A stretch of 64,000 nt of DNA from the human T2T-CHM13v2.0 reference genome, Homo sapiens. Below the pieces are notes generated by a model. The model was given only the letters and a program-made list of their open reading frames with translations. It did no database searches and was not told where the DNA came from. Where the stretch lies: the NCBI RefSeq assembly GCF_009914755.1, contig NC_060925.1. One strand, given 5' to 3'. The translations under genes were made by a program, and so were the position numbers. Shown here piece by piece: positions 30,437-44,945 of this stretch (positions are counted from its first letter, which is position 1; every line of letters begins with the position of its first letter).

Positions 30437-30652
30437 GTCATGAAGACATATCACATGTACAATGCCGACAGCATCAGTGCTCAGAGCAAACTAAAGGAGG
30501 CGGAGAAGCAGGAGGAGAAGCAAATTGGTAAATCGGTAAAGCAGGAGGACCGGCAGACCCCACGCTCCCCTGACTCCACGGCCAACGTTCGCATTGAGGA
30601 GAAACATGTCCGGAGGAGCTCAGTGAAGAAGATTGAGAAGATGAAGGAGAAG
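30437..30652 (+). CDS. SRGAP2: SRGAP2 paralog coding exon 5 (216 nt): VMKTYHMYNADS...QTPRSPDS...KIEKMKEK
   Basis: ttgcag|GTCATG acceptor, AAG|gtatgt donor; lies within ORF 30413..30676. Confidence 0.97.
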
Positions 30653-31291
30653 GTATGTAGGCTCCCACAGCTGTAGATGCTGGGAAGCAACATTCGGTAA
30701 GGCATGGCTGATAGGAATTTCCCAATAGTCACTGGGAAGAGCAGACGAGGAAGCTCTGGGTTCTTTTAGTGCCTAATGACTGAAAATGAGGCCTTGCTCT
30801 GTGCCCTGGCAGGAATACTAGGTATTGGAAGAACTGGGCACGTGGGATCCAAGTTTCTAGCCTCTAGCAGAAAACCAAGAAACAGCAGTCACCTTTCCCA
30901 ATCCATTTTCCAAATAGAGCTCAATATCCTATTGCTTTGGAGGGGTTGGGGGTGACTGTAAACCCAGGATTTGGTTTCAGGTATCAGGTGTTCAGGGGCA
31001 AGAGTAGTGGTACCTCCTTCAGAGTGGCATTGCAAGAATGAAGAATGATATTTGAAGATAGAATCAAAGTGGGGCACGCATCTTAAGTAGGGAGCCTCAT
31101 TAACCTTTCCTGAATTGATCTACATTGTGCCCTTGAATCTCATTAAACAGAATTAGAACCCAATTTAAGGCAGATGCGCATAGGGAGTAGCAACACAATT
31201 GTAGTTCTTGAATACACTGTACTTTTATCTTTTAGAGAACAAGCCCCCCTTAAAAAAAAAAGGTAAAAGTGAACTTCTGTTTCCTTTTCAG

Positions 31292-31420
31292 CACCAAGCC
31301 AAGTACACGGAGAATAAGCTGAAGGCCATCAAAGCCCGGAATGAGTACTTGCTGGCTTTGGAGGCAACCAATGCATCTGTCTTCAAGTACTACATCCATG
31401 ACCTATCTGACCTTATTGAT
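31292..31420 (+). CDS. SRGAP2: SRGAP2 paralog coding exon 6 (129 nt): HQAKYTENKLKAIKARNEY...DLSDLID
   Basis: ttccttttcag|CAC acceptor, GAT|gtaagt donor; lies within ORF 31208..31432. Confidence 0.97.
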
Positions 31421-31785
31421 GTAAGTGCTTAAAGCCAAGGGCCTGAGGGCACCTCTTTTCTGGTTTCAGAATACTCGTCAGACATTCCCCGATACTATTG
31501 TTCAGGAATCTGGTGCATTTTGAGAACAATTAGGAAGATAGCAGCCATGATCCATCAGGGTGCTTGCCAAGCACCAAGTGAAACACTTCACACTTATTCA
31601 ATCCTAACTGGAATTCTGGGAGGAAGGCATTATTATCTATATTTTTACAGATTAACAGAGAGTTTAGATGACTTAGTCAGAGTCAGTTAACAAATGACAG
31701 AGGCAAAATTTGCACCTAGGCCTGATGACTCAACCCAGGCTCATAACCACTACACTAGTCTATCTGCCAGGAAATACTTTCTTCC

Positions 31786-32144
<359 letters not shown>

Positions 32145-33654
32145 TGAGTGGCAAGAACTTAACTAAAGAGTTACAATGCCATCCCTTATATTTGTATAGC
32201 ATTTAAGGTTTCTCGGTGTTAACTCATTTGACTCTCACATCACCATTATGGGTAAGCATTGCTGTCTCCAGTTGCTAGATAAGGAAGCTCAAGGTCCAGA
32301 GGACTAGGAGACTCACTTGTCCAAGGTTATGCTGCAAATTAGGGTCCTGTCAGGAAGGTATCCAGCTCCCCCTGACATCTGGCCCATTTTTAAAAATATG
32401 TGATGCAAAGGGGATTGAGGAAAGCGGTTAATAGGCACATGTGTTTTGCAAGGGGCAAGCGCAGGGATAAGCTTTTTGTTTTTTGCCTGTGAGTTATTCT
32501 TGGCCTTGTTTTTCCTGCTGCTTCCCCTTACAGTTGGGTCTTACAAGCCCTCTCACCTACAGACTCCAATCTGGCCCAGGTCCTGAGCCACACCTAAGTG
32601 AAGCTATGTAATTACACCCTTTCTCACCTCTCCTTCCAGTCATCAAAGTGAGGCATCTGGAGCCAGCCAATTTAGCATTCCAGTCTCTGGGGCTTCAAGT
32701 GTATCTCATCTTGGAGGCCTGCCATTTGTTTCAGGGTCTTGTTGGCAGCAGTTGGGCTTTGCAAAACTCTGGCCCGACCACTCTTGCTTTCCTGCCTTGG
32801 TTTCTCCACAAGCAAACCTGCCACACCTCACAACATCATATGGGATTTGGGTCCGAGTCTTGCTGTTATATCACCACCTGGGTCATCTAGGCTTGTCACT
32901 GAATTGTTCTGGAACCCAGCTTTGTTTCTCACCCACTCCCAAGCTCCTCTAGCTAACTGAAGAACTGGACTAATTCCCTGGTATTAAAATTTGGCCTCAC
33001 GTAAGAGTTGCTTGGGGAACTTCTCTAAAATACAGATTCCTGTCTCCCTTTAGCCGAGGATTTTTGATTCAGTAGATTTCAGCCACTTAATGCCCTAGGT
33101 GTCATTGTCTCACTGGGTTAGTAGAGCCTTGCTCCCTGTTCTGGTACCTCTTTGTTCTCTCTGCTTGTTGATGACAATCTGAACACTGTCCTTCAATGGA
33201 GGTCAAAGCCCTAAACAAGATCCTTTCTCCTCCTCAGGGGAAGAGCTCCTCATTGTTGGGAGAGAGGCCTGTTCTCAGCATAAGGAAGAGAATCCATTCT
33301 TTCTTATGCACAATTTCTGCTATTTATCTCGCATTTGGTAAAAATTCAGACTGTGCTGTCTGCCACACCGCTGCTATTGGTTAGCCCTCTTCTCTTTTTT
33401 TGTACTCAAGGCAACTTCCCTACCTTTTTCACCAAAATACTGATCTCAGGGGAAGGGAGGGGTTACTGCTGTATCAGCCACAACCTTTGCAATCCATAGA
33501 TTCTCCATCAGGTATAACCAAGCGTTTTAAAATCAGTCCAAGAAGCGAGGTATTTTGTACCTTATTTTCATCATTTAAAAAAAAAAAACGTCTGCTAAGA
33601 GCCTAATTTCACAGGATGTGGTGTGACATGCCATTGAAAAAGAGGCTGCCTTAG

Positions 33655-33987
<333 letters not shown>

Positions 33988-34659
33988 GTTTCTTTGCTGC
34001 TGTTTTGGTTGTGTCTTGTTTTAGTTTGTTGGTTGGTTGGGTTTTTGTTGTTTTTCCTGGGATATGGACACATTCATTATTTTTTTTAAAGTTGTATTAT
34101 TCTGCTCTATAAATGTTCAGTAAATATTTATTTAGGGAGAAGCCACGTGCTCAGTATTGGGGTAAAAATGGATTATAGTAGTTCTCACCCTAGAGGTAGT
34201 CATAGGCTGTAAGACAACATTTTTCAAACCATTGGTCAGATCCCTTAAGAAAGTCAGGAAATCACTTTTATTGGTTTAACCTGTGTTTTCAGATGACTAG
34301 ATGAGACTAGAATAAGAAAGAAAATATTAGAGTACATCACATTGGTAAGATTATGTGAAACTTTTATGTTAGATATGTATGTACACACTTGTACATCCTA
34401 TGGGGGAGTGTGTGACAATAGAAGATGTGTTTCTTATTGTGAGTTGGGAGTCAAAAAAGTGTTTGTGAGCCATTGTACTATGAACAGAGGAAGATCTCAG
34501 TCTCATCTGTTAAGTTCTGTGAGAGCAGGAACCAAGAGTTTTCTTTACCTTAGTAGCCTCCAGTGCTTAATATATAGCTGAGCACATAGTGTGTTTACTG
34601 AAGGAAGAAAGGAATAGAAAGAGGAGGAAGATGATCATCTAAGCTAAGATCGGTTTTTC

Positions 34660-35030
34660 TTTTTGTACCTTTCAATATGGTTTTGAAGTATAATTTACAT
34701 ACAGTAACTAAACTTAAGTGTTACAGTTTCAAGAGTTTTGACAAATTTGTACATCTTTGTAATCTATGTCAAGATATAGAATAAATATTTTGATAAGAGA
34801 TATCTTTCCATTGCCTCAGAAAGTTTCTCTTGTCTCTTCCCAGCCAATCCCCCACCCCAAGGCAACCACTGTTATGATTTCTTTCACCATAAATTAGTTT
34901 TGCCCGTTGTAGAACTTCACAAAGATGGGATTATCCTTTTTTGTGTCTGGCATCTTTTGCCAACATGATGTTTTTGAATTTCATCCATGTTGTTTGCATG
35001 TATCGGTAGTGTCTTTCTTTTTCTTGCTGA
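34660..35030 (-). mobile_element. Old L1M (L1ME/MC) 3' end
   Basis: gaagtataatttacatacagtaa...ggcaaccactg...ttcatccatgttg motifs. Confidence 0.75.
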
Positions 35031-38000
35031 CCTATGAGATAAAAAGGGCCAAAAGGATGCAGTTAGAGCAGGACTAAGTGAGGAGCCTGGGATATTGGCA
35101 TCCTGATCTTAACATTATTCATTACTTGCTTTAAGACATGGGATGAATCCTGTTGCAGTCCATTGCCATCTGTGTCATGTACAGCCTTCTGCCTCCTTCC
35201 TAGTGGTTCTGAAGCCAAATGTGTGCATAAGGCATTGAGGATAAGTGAAAAGAAGTTATTTTTGTTGATGCCATTACATTGACCAAGGACTAGCCTCCGA
35301 CTTCTTTTTATAGTATAGTGCAAGATTTAAACTTCAGACTGTAGGAATCCACGTGAGGCATCTGCCACACTGGGGAAACCTTGACTTCAGGCCAAAAAGA
35401 CGTTCTGAGCTCATTTGATGGCATCTAAGAACGGTAGGCTCACTGGAATATAATTTTCCTCCCCCATACTCTTCTGGCTCTCTCAACCCAGGAGCAGATG
35501 GATGAATGAAGAACAGGGCATTGTCCTCATGCATAGCTGGAGTGTTGTAAGTGCCGTGTACATGTATGGAAGGTCTGTGACACCATGTGCACCCAAGTCG
35601 GACATGAGGGAACTTGGCTGTTTCAGTAAGAAATGTCATTAAGGGCAGTTATTTTTCTCTTTTGTGTGAACTTGAAGTGGGTGTTGTGAAACACCCATTT
35701 TTCCTTTCCAGGCCTTGTGGAGTCTCTGGGTGAAGATATCAGCTGGGAAAGGGTTAATGAGCTATCAACTCAAGTCATCATACATCTGGATGGGCTGTCA
35801 TTAACTTCTTACGAAAATTTGATTTCCCCTGAGAGATTTTTCATCAAACATTTATATAACCCAGAAATGGCCAGGGGAGTCCAGCGTGGCCACAGAACTC
35901 ATCAGAAGCCATGGAAAGCCTGCTTTGTCCCCACTGTGAGCAAAATAATGTGCTTCCTGTACTTATTGGGATTCTTCTTGGAACAGGATGAAATATTCAA
36001 ATCTCATTTACCCAACCTTGCCAGATATTGCTTCTTCGCTGAAGGCTCGGTTTCTGGCTGTTTCCCCTACAGGTATATAGATAGTCAAGACTCTGGAGAA
36101 CCTCTTCCGAATCTGCCTGGTTGGCTAGAGGTGTAGAGGAGCCAGGGGCACATTGTGACTCAGACCCTCACTCATTGGCACAAAGAAGCTACAGAATAGT
36201 TATATAAACAGAGGCAGTGCGCCAGCCTGGGAAAACTCCCAGCCTCCCTTTGGCCATAGAGTAAGCAAAACAAATGGCTTCACTGGCCCCATCTACCCAC
36301 TTGACTTAGGTCAGTATTCAGCCTAAATGTTTTATTTCCTGAGAGGCTGGAATCTGTATTTGTGGTATCAATCAGTCAACTGAAATTTATTAAATGCCTG
36401 CTGTGAGCAAGGCCTAATGCTGAGGGATGTAAAGAAGAGTGAGAAGCTAGTCTGGTTGGGGTGATATGACATGGCAAATCATAGAATGAAGAAGCGTATT
36501 CCTTGTCATATGAAAGCTGCAGATTAGTGTGGTTCTAAGTAGAGGCCAGGGTCACTGGAGTCTAGGATTGCAGGGTTGGCTGGCTTCCCAGAGGCTAAGA
36601 ATTTAATTTGGATCTTGAAGATCTGGTCCAATTCCAACAGGTGAGAGGCATAGGAAACATTTAAGGAAAAGGACATTCTGGGAGCTGAAGGGCAGAGGTC
36701 AGTGGATTTGGAGCTATATTAGTATTTTTTTAAAGTGTCTACATGGTACCAAATATCTGTAAATATATTGCCTGTTAGCCTACAACAACCTGTGTGGCTG
36801 GTGTTATCCTCATTTGAGGCCCAGAGGGATTAAGTAGCTTGCTTATGGCCATAATAGCTGATTTGAAGACTAATACTCTACCCTAAACAGAGAGTATCTC
36901 ATTGGATTAGAGCAGATGAATCTGAAGAAGAAAATAAAGGGAGTTGATGTTGGATGGGTAGATTGAAGACAGATTACAGTTTGTTCTGGCTATTGAACCT
37001 TGCTCAAATTATTTAACTTCACTGAACCTCAGCTTTCAAGCCTGGAAAATTAAGATTATACCAACCTCATTGGGGTTATTATGAGGATTAAAATGTAGAA
37101 TGTATATAAAGCACTTAGCACATGGACTGACGTATAGTAAGCATACTTAGTGAAATAGAAGCATTTTTTAAATTTCAAAACTGAGGAAGGTGGATTTTAC
37201 CTTGGGGAAAAAAAATGAGAGGTATTTTAGGTTCTTCAACAGGAAAGTGCCATAATTAAAGTCACAGTTTAGGACAGTGAAGCTGACGGTGAGGGTATGA
37301 ATAGGGGTAGAGGTAGTAAGAATGGAGAGGAAAGGGAAATTACTAAAAACAGGTAAAAGTTTTTTGAAGGGTAACTTTTCTCTCCCAGATTCTACCCCCT
37401 GCCCACACCCCCTCCACCCACACTCATACACTCTGTGGGCCGTGTTACTTCTGTTCATTAGACTTATAGGCATAGAGCTCATCAACAGGGTCTACATAGA
37501 GCTAGTCAGGAAGGTTTACAGGTTCAAGGGCAGCCTGGTGAGACCAGCAGCATCTCCCAGAGAGCCCATGCCCGTGCAGCGTCCTAATGAGCCGCTTTTG
37601 TCTAGCTTCCATTTGCTCTTCCCTCCCAACTGAATTTAATGTCTTTCCATCCTCTGCCTCTAGTTAAGTTGTAACTGCTGTTATTCCACTGCAGCCAGGC
37701 AGCTGCCAGGGCCTGTTGGCACTGAACCCAGAGCCCAACCCAACTGATGTTCTCACTGAGCTTCTTGTCAGATGCCAGGAAAGAGGAGGCACATCATATT
37801 CCTTTTCTTCCCCAATAGTAGCTGCTTCCAGTGTGATCATGATGAGAGGAAAAGGCTGTGGGGAGAGTTAATTTGATGCTTGCTTGTGCAATGAAATGGC
37901 AATCAGGCAGATGGCCTTACTCTATGCATAGATTCTTCTTTGAGGTTTCTTCTCAGGACCCGGACCTCAGAGCTGCTTAAGCAATAGAGAGGATGATGGA

Positions 38001-39168
38001 TGGCCAAGGAATTGGGATCTCTGGGTCTTTTGGGAGGGATGGGGAATATTATCACAGAGTTACAGAATGCCATTGCTGAAGAGGGCCTTAGGGATTACAT
38101 TTAGTCCAAGGATTTTCAGACTTTTCTCTAACAGAAGAATTCTTTCTTCAAACCAAACCTTACATAGAATCCCTAAATATTAAATAGAAAAAAGAGCAGG
38201 GTTGGCTTGGTTGAAGGAGGAATAGAAGACTCCAAGTCCTAGTAGTTGGGTTGTCCTTTTACTCACTTCTCAAGGGCAGCTTCAGTGCCAGCTCTGGTCT
38301 ACTGCTTGAAAGCCACTAGCCTGGCCAAATCTGTTCATTTTACTATGGAAGAAACAGGTCCAGAGAAGGGGAGTGGCTTTTCCAAGGTTGCTTGATTCTG
38401 CGCCAGTGCTTTTTTTATACAGTTGCCTCTTTTTGCATTTTGTTGTAAAAAATCAGAATCCTTTACATGGCATGAATTTTTCCAGTAACACTTTTGCGTA
38501 GAGCTTTTTAGTCTTATAAATGCTATTTCTGTAGTGCAGGGGCATCTGTTGTCAGATGCCAGGAAGGAGGAGGCATGTCAGAAACCCTAGTCTGCAGCTA
38601 AGGCCTGTCCTAGGATGTTGGGCATTGGTGGGGATGATGACCCACAGAGTCAGCTCCCCATTCTCTCCTTCTCCCATCTAGAGTTGAGCTTGCATACATT
38701 AGCTGCTGTTGCAATACTCCTGCTTTCAGAACCCTGAAATGGCCTGGCTTGGTTGCTATATAGTGATTTAACCACAGTAAGCCTCAGTGAGTGGCAGGTT
38801 GTATTTTTATTGTTGAATTTTGTTATAATGACAACCCCAGATAAACCTGAAAACGAAAGAGGATTCTCTTTAACTCTCAATTCTTCTCATGTTTATGAAA
38901 TAGCGCTTAATTAAATAATGTCATTTTATCCTTATGAGTCTTCTTCCTCCTAACCACCTCACAGCCCTGTAGGGTGTGTTTAACCGTTGAATTGGGAGTC
39001 AAGAACTGAGAACTCTCACCCAGACCTTGGAAGTCGGAATGTCAGCCGTCTTTCTACTGCACAGCCAAGCCTATTGATGTGGTCAGATCTGCCCTCTGGA
39101 CCACCTTCCTTTTCTGCCAAGCCTTGGGGCTGTCCATGGTGTGCTCATGTGCCTTCTCCTTCCCACAG

Positions 39169-39393
39169 CAGTGTTGTGACTTAGGCTACCATGCAAGTCT
39201 GAACCGGGCTCTACGCACCTTCCTCTCTGCTGAGTTAAACCTGGAACAGTCGAAGCATGAGGGTCTGGATGCCATCGAGAATGCAGTAGAAAACCTGGAT
39301 GCCACCAGTGACAAGCAGCGCCTCATGGAGATGTACAACAACGTCTTCTGCCCCCCTATGAAGTTTGAGTTTCAGCCCCACATGGGGGATATG
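39169..39393 (+). CDS. SRGAP2: SRGAP2 paralog coding exon 7 (225 nt; 222 nt with distal acceptor): (Q)CCDLGYHASLNRALRTF...FQPHMGDM
   Basis: cccacag|CAG|TGT tandem acceptor, ATG|gtgagg donor; lies within ORF 39079..39453. Confidence 0.97.
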
Positions 39394-42300
39394 GTGAGGC
39401 CCTTTCCCTATACCCCCACCCTCAAGGGGCTTGAGTGGACTTGTCTAGATTAATTACACAGAAGGCACATTATTCTGGGGTGGGAGAGGCCTGGGCCCGG
39501 CTTTTTGTCAGGTGGGTGAGGCACATTCCCCTTATTGAGCAAACAGTTAGTGAGTGCCTGCTGTCAGACACTCGGGCTTGGGTGCAGACATGGGGGATTA
39601 AAGCCCTCGGGGAGCTTACAGTCTGGGGAATAAGGTCGCTAAGGCTTGAGGAGGGTTCGAACTATGCATAGAGAGGGGTATCCAAAGGGGCCCAGCAGGA
39701 TCAAAGAAGGTGAAAAACAGCAGGTATATTCTAAAAACTACCAACAGTTCAGGATGGTGAAAGGAAAGTGAGGGAGGGGGGCGCTCCCAGTGGTGAGGCT
39801 AGAAGAAATGAGAGCTGAGGTGGGGCCACATCCTAGAGGCTTTAGTGGGGAAGCGAGGGCTAGGCAGGGAATGCTGTGATCTTTTGGCATTTGGCAGAGT
39901 TCTGAATAATCTTATTCTCCTGAAGTTAGAAGACTGTGATGAAGTGTATAGTTTTGTTTGGGTATTGAATAAAAAAGAATGGGTACCTGCAGGAAGGAAA
40001 GGAGCTAAGATGCTATCCCAAAGGCCTGATGCTGGTTGTCCAGACAGGGGAGCATGAACATGGGGGCCTTGTTTTGGACTCTTAGCCTCCAGTGACTAGA
40101 ATAAAAAGGGCCTAAAAAAGCTAAAGTGAGAGGCAGGAGAAGCTCCTGGGTTTTCATTGTTCTGAATCTTTTGGTTCCACTTGTGTGGTTGTGTGTACAA
40201 GTCAGAGTGAACCTCATTCCTGTGGATAAGAGCCACCATTTCTCCTACTGGTGAAATTAGAAGGAGGTTGTATAGGGCTTATGCGATAGAAAAGATCAAG
40301 ATGGACCTTTGGGTATAGTTGGCTTTAGGAGGAGGAATTTTACCAAGACACTGTTTTGCTGTCTCTGTACTACTTCCTGTGTGTTAACTCCATTCGCAGA
40401 CAGGCCATTCTCCCATGGAGGCAAGGTGACTGCATTTCCAGCCTTCCCTGGTAGGTTGAAATCTAGTGGAAAGAGTCTCTGCCTCCCTCCTCAAAGCCCC
40501 CATAAAGTTTGTGTGTCTCATTGGTTTTGATTGGGTAAAGTGCTTATGCCTGGGTCCATGCAAAGCACGTGGCCTGAGTTGTGGAGTGGGAGGTTCCCCT
40601 CACCGAGGGCAGTTAGACCAAAGCTACCAAAAAAAGGAGGAGTGGACGCCGGGGACCAAAAAACAGCAACATGTGTGCTCCTCAGGAATGATGCTTCCCT
40701 TAAGATTAGCATCCAGACTCTAGAAATCCCCACTCCAGAATGACAGCTGTGGCAGTGGAACCAGAGGATTTGCTGTCATCAGTTGGCCTCTATGGAGAGT
40801 GAGACGCTGTCCTGGAGATAGAAATGTGGAGTTGGTTTCCTTCCTTTCCTTCTTGGGGAAAATCAAACCATTTACAGTTCATTTCCATTGCTGTGGCTTA
40901 GGAAATGTCAGTGTCTGAACAGATGGAGAAGTGAGATGGCAGCATGTGCAATTAGAATTGGGGGAAGGGGTGTCACCAAGCCTCAGGAAGCCCCATTCCT
41001 CACCTGCCCTGGCTTCTGGTCAAACTTGCCTTCCAAGCACCTTCTCCAGCTGTCACTGAGGTTCCTTCCCAGGGATCAGTGGAACTTGGGGACCAGCTGA
41101 GTGGAGTGATACATTTTCTGGTGTTAGTGACTGAGTTGCCTTCTGAGCCAAACAGCTTGTCTCCATAAAGGAGGAATCCAGATGCTGGGTGCTCAAGCCC
41201 CCTCCTCCCCCTGTCAGAGCCTTATTTCCATACTCCGGAGTGCAGCTGAAGTGTATTACCTTGCACCCTGGTAGCGGACCACTGCCAAAGCATGCATCAT
41301 CATCAGCTCTGCTACTTCTTAAAGGAACAGGCTTGGAGGTGGTTTTTCCCTCCATGATTCCTCTCTGCTAGGTCTGGGTTACTTTAAAAATCAATAGCTC
41401 ACTCTTCTGCCAGGGCCCTCCCTTTATGTAATATAGCTGATCAGTGGCTGAGCCAGGCAGGGGCCAGGACCAGTCCTGGAGCTTGTGAAGGTTCCGCATT
41501 CTAGCCTAGCCTTCATATGAGTGAAAATAAAAAGAGATGAGAGGGTGGGTCATTCTTGGCCTCTGCAGCCAGTCTATCCCCATCAGTGTGGGTTGTCTGC
41601 AGATTGTGGAGGCAACAGGAGGGAGCTGCCTGGAAGTCGTTGAACTAGGGCCAAAGATTGGGTAGCATTTTGACCGGAAGCCTTAAAATTGGCCAAGGTC
41701 CCACACTAACTGGTGTTCTGGGGTGCACAGCACATGAATTGATGCCAAGTGCTCTCAGATGTACTAGGAGGAGGTGCTTGGCTCCATTTTTGGTGCCCTC
41801 AGAGGCTGTGGGACTCTGGATGCCTGACTGGTGACATCAGGCAGCCAGAGAATTTCACTCTTGGCGCTAACCGGTTCTGGCCACTGAGCTTTCTCCATTG
41901 TGTCTGCTTATCCAAGAGTTAGAGTGAAGTCAGCTCTCTGTGGATCTGAGAGTTGGCTCAGGCCAGCCTCTCAGCTGGGGGAAGAGGTCAAGTCAGTTGG
42001 GAGCTTAAAAGCCAATGGAGGAAAAGGTCAAGTCCCAGCCCCCTCCATTTGAAGAAAGGTTTTTTCTTTTCAAGCAAGGGAATGGTCCGTGGGCATGTGA
42101 ATGTGCCCACTCTTTGCTGAGGAGGAAGGAGGCCATTTCTATCCAGATGTCTCTCTGCAGGCAAGAGGCTAAAGGACGAACGGTAACAAGGTGACAGGAG
42201 CTGTCTCCACATGGGTCCTGCCTCCCAACTCTCTCAGCCTTCTGCTCCTCATCTGTCATCCAGGGGACTGTGGATGACCTCATCCCATAACCACATCTCC

Positions 42301-42999
42301 AATGGGAGACAGTGGAACAGCCATTTCTTCACACAGGGGAAAGCTAATTGGCAATAATCCTTGCGGGAAGGTCAGACTCCTCTCTTACAGATCTAGGGAA
42401 GGCCTGGTAAAATGATGGCTCTTTGGAAAATGCCAAGCTCCTTCAGATTCCATACCCTCTCGGGCCCTCTAGCATAGGCAACGAACTTGTTCCTGGCTTC
42501 ACGCTTTCTCATTGAATCAAAGCTCTCGTGCATGGCCTGGATTTGTAAACACATGCTGGCTGCCAGCAGTGGCAAGTTAGCCTCCTGACCCACTTCTCTC
42601 CTGCTTTCACTCTGGTGTATGAAGGGGGATGAGGGAGGGGCCAGAGAGGTGGCCACTTGGACCTTTGGCAGGAAATCTTCACTGTGCCAAAGCATTGTGT
42701 TTCTGGAGCCGGAGCTGCCTGAGGCACTCTTCTCCAGCCTCCTCAGCCTTCCATGGAGCTGCAGACCCTACCTAGACCTACCCCTGCCGGGCTCCAAACA
42801 GATCCCCCTACCCATTCCTTTCATGTACTGTTTGGTCCTGGAAGAGGCTCACACAAGTTGGCTTTGGGTTTTGCTTCAACATAGAAACCACGAGCCTTAT
42901 ACCTTGAATATGGGTAGTTTCATTGCCAGTAATGGGAACTCTGGAACTGCCAAAGGGACTGTATCCTCTTTCTGACCTGGTGTTGCTTTCTTTTGTTAG

Positions 43000-43101
43000 G
43001 CTTCCCAGCTCTGTGCCCAGCAGCCTGTCCAGAGTGAGCTGCTACAGAGATGCCAACAACTGCAGTCTCGCTTATCCACTCTAAAGATTGAAAACGAAGA
43101 G
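43000..43101 (+). CDS. SRGAP2: SRGAP2 paralog coding exon 8 (102 nt): ASQLCAQQPVQSELLQRCQQLQSRLSTLKIENEE
   Basis: ttttgttag|GCT acceptor, GAG|gtgagt donor; translated by hand. Confidence 0.96.
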
Positions 43102-44127
43102 GTGAGTTTCTTCCTTAGGAGGCTCAAAGCCACACTCTTAGTTTCCCTGTTGAAACTTTTGCTGCTGCCCGTCTGGGAGCAGGTGGAAGGAGCATGCAGA
43201 GAATGTCCGGGCGGCCGCAAACATTTCCTAGCCAAATGTAGGCTTGGACTTTCCCCCTCTGCTACATCCTGCCCTTGAACTCCAGGAAGTTGCTCTTGCA
43301 TTGCCAAAGGTTGTGCTCTATTTTGAGCTTTTGCGAAATGCTTTTTTTCCCCTCTACACATTTAATCAAAATGGCACTTGGCAGCTGTGTGAACAATATT
43401 GTGTCTCTGAAACCACCTCCTCATGCCTAGCTTTTTCCAGCATGTTCAAACAAACAGAGGCCTTTGACTTTGACACTTCAAACATCTCCATCCTCTTAGG
43501 AAAGGGTGAGTTTCTTCTGGGCTCAGTGTATTTGCTTTCAAAAAGCGGTTCAAAAGGGCGGGTGATCCAGCTTTCTGTTGAGCTCAGATGGCTTCTTACC
43601 TTGTGTCTCAGTAAGTCTTACTTTCTGCAGGAAGATCAGGAAGAAGTAGGGATAGGTCACTTAGTTTGCAAATGAGCAAACAAGTTCATCAGTTTGTTGA
43701 AGGTCATGAAACAGAACCTGGGGCTTTGCAGTACTAGGCCCATCACACATTTTAATTAGCTGTTTGTATGAGGGGGTTGGTTTAGATTTATTTTATTCTC
43801 TTTCCCTTAAAACTTCTATTATAATATTGTTATATAATATTATAATAATGCTAATATTAAATTTTAAAAGTAAACATTAAAAGATCTGGGTCAAGTACAT
43901 AGCATGAAGGGTTGTAGTGGCTTTTAGGTTTTCACTGTAGAGAGTAGCATGCTGTAGCAGAGTCCATGTGATGTTTACCTCTCACTTAGCACTGTCCAGT
44001 GGGAAGCAGAGCTGCACACTCTGATGGCATCCTGTGGCCTTCCCCAGCCCACTCTCTTCAAGCTTCTCCATCACCTGCTGTTTAACAACCCACCCTTCAT
44101 GCATCCTGTTGGCCCTTGTCGTGGCAG

Positions 44128-44349
44128 GTAAAGAAGACAATGGAGGCCACCCTGCAAACCATCCAGGACATTGTGACTGTCGAGGACTTCGATGTGTCTG
44201 ACTGCTTCCAGTACAGCAACTCCATGGAGTCCGTCAAGTCCACGGTCTCTGAAACCTTCATGAGCAAGCCCAGCATTGCTAAGAGGAGAGCCAACCAGCA
44301 AGAGACAGAGCAGTTTTATTTCACAGTAAGGGAGTGCTATGGCTTTTAA
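44128..44349 (+). CDS. SRGAP2: SRGAP2 paralog terminal exon 9 (198 nt to 44325) plus intron-9 read-through encoding VRECYGF-stop
   Basis: ggcag|GTAAAG acceptor. VKKTMEATLQ...EQFYFT is followed by the unused donor ACA|gtaagg (44326), read as GTA AGG GAG TGC TAT GGC TTT TAA. Confidence 0.97.
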   Translation, partial: VKKTMEATLQTIQDIVTVEDFDVSDCFQYSNSMESVKSTVSETFMSKPSIAKRRANQQETEQFYFTVRECYGF

Positions 44350-44913
44350 AGAGCGTCAGCATGCACTGCAGCACTCAAGGGAGATTTGGAACTCAGAGTC
44401 CTTGTTAAGTGTCTGAAGGACAGGCGTTGAATATCTTAGATACGAATGTGGGCATACTCAGAGACCATCCCTACAGTTAAAGGTGCAAACATTAAAAGTT
44501 GTATATGTCTAACAGGGATCCGCCCAAGAGAAAGGATGCTCCCAAGTATACAACTAAGAAGATTTTCTTTTTTAAGAAATTTTTAACTAGCTAGTAGGCT
44601 TTCACTGGAAAGTTTCCTTCTCAGGCACAGGGGATCCTGAAAGGGGAACTTCATCTTTTAGTTCTTGGAGAGTACATACAAATATTCATAATAACACATA
44701 TTTTGTTTATAAAAATCTATAATCTCTTCTAGGTGATATGATGACATTATTTTATAACTTTTATTGTTGGGAAACTATTTTTTCTAATTATTGCTAAAAC
44801 TTAAAGGATGGGTAATATGCAGCATTACTATTTTGCACATAATTCCAAAACATCGTATTTTCTTATTCATGTATCTCTAGTCTTCTTTTAGACAGTTGGA
44901 CCCTTTTTTCTTT

Positions 44914-44945
<32 letters not shown>

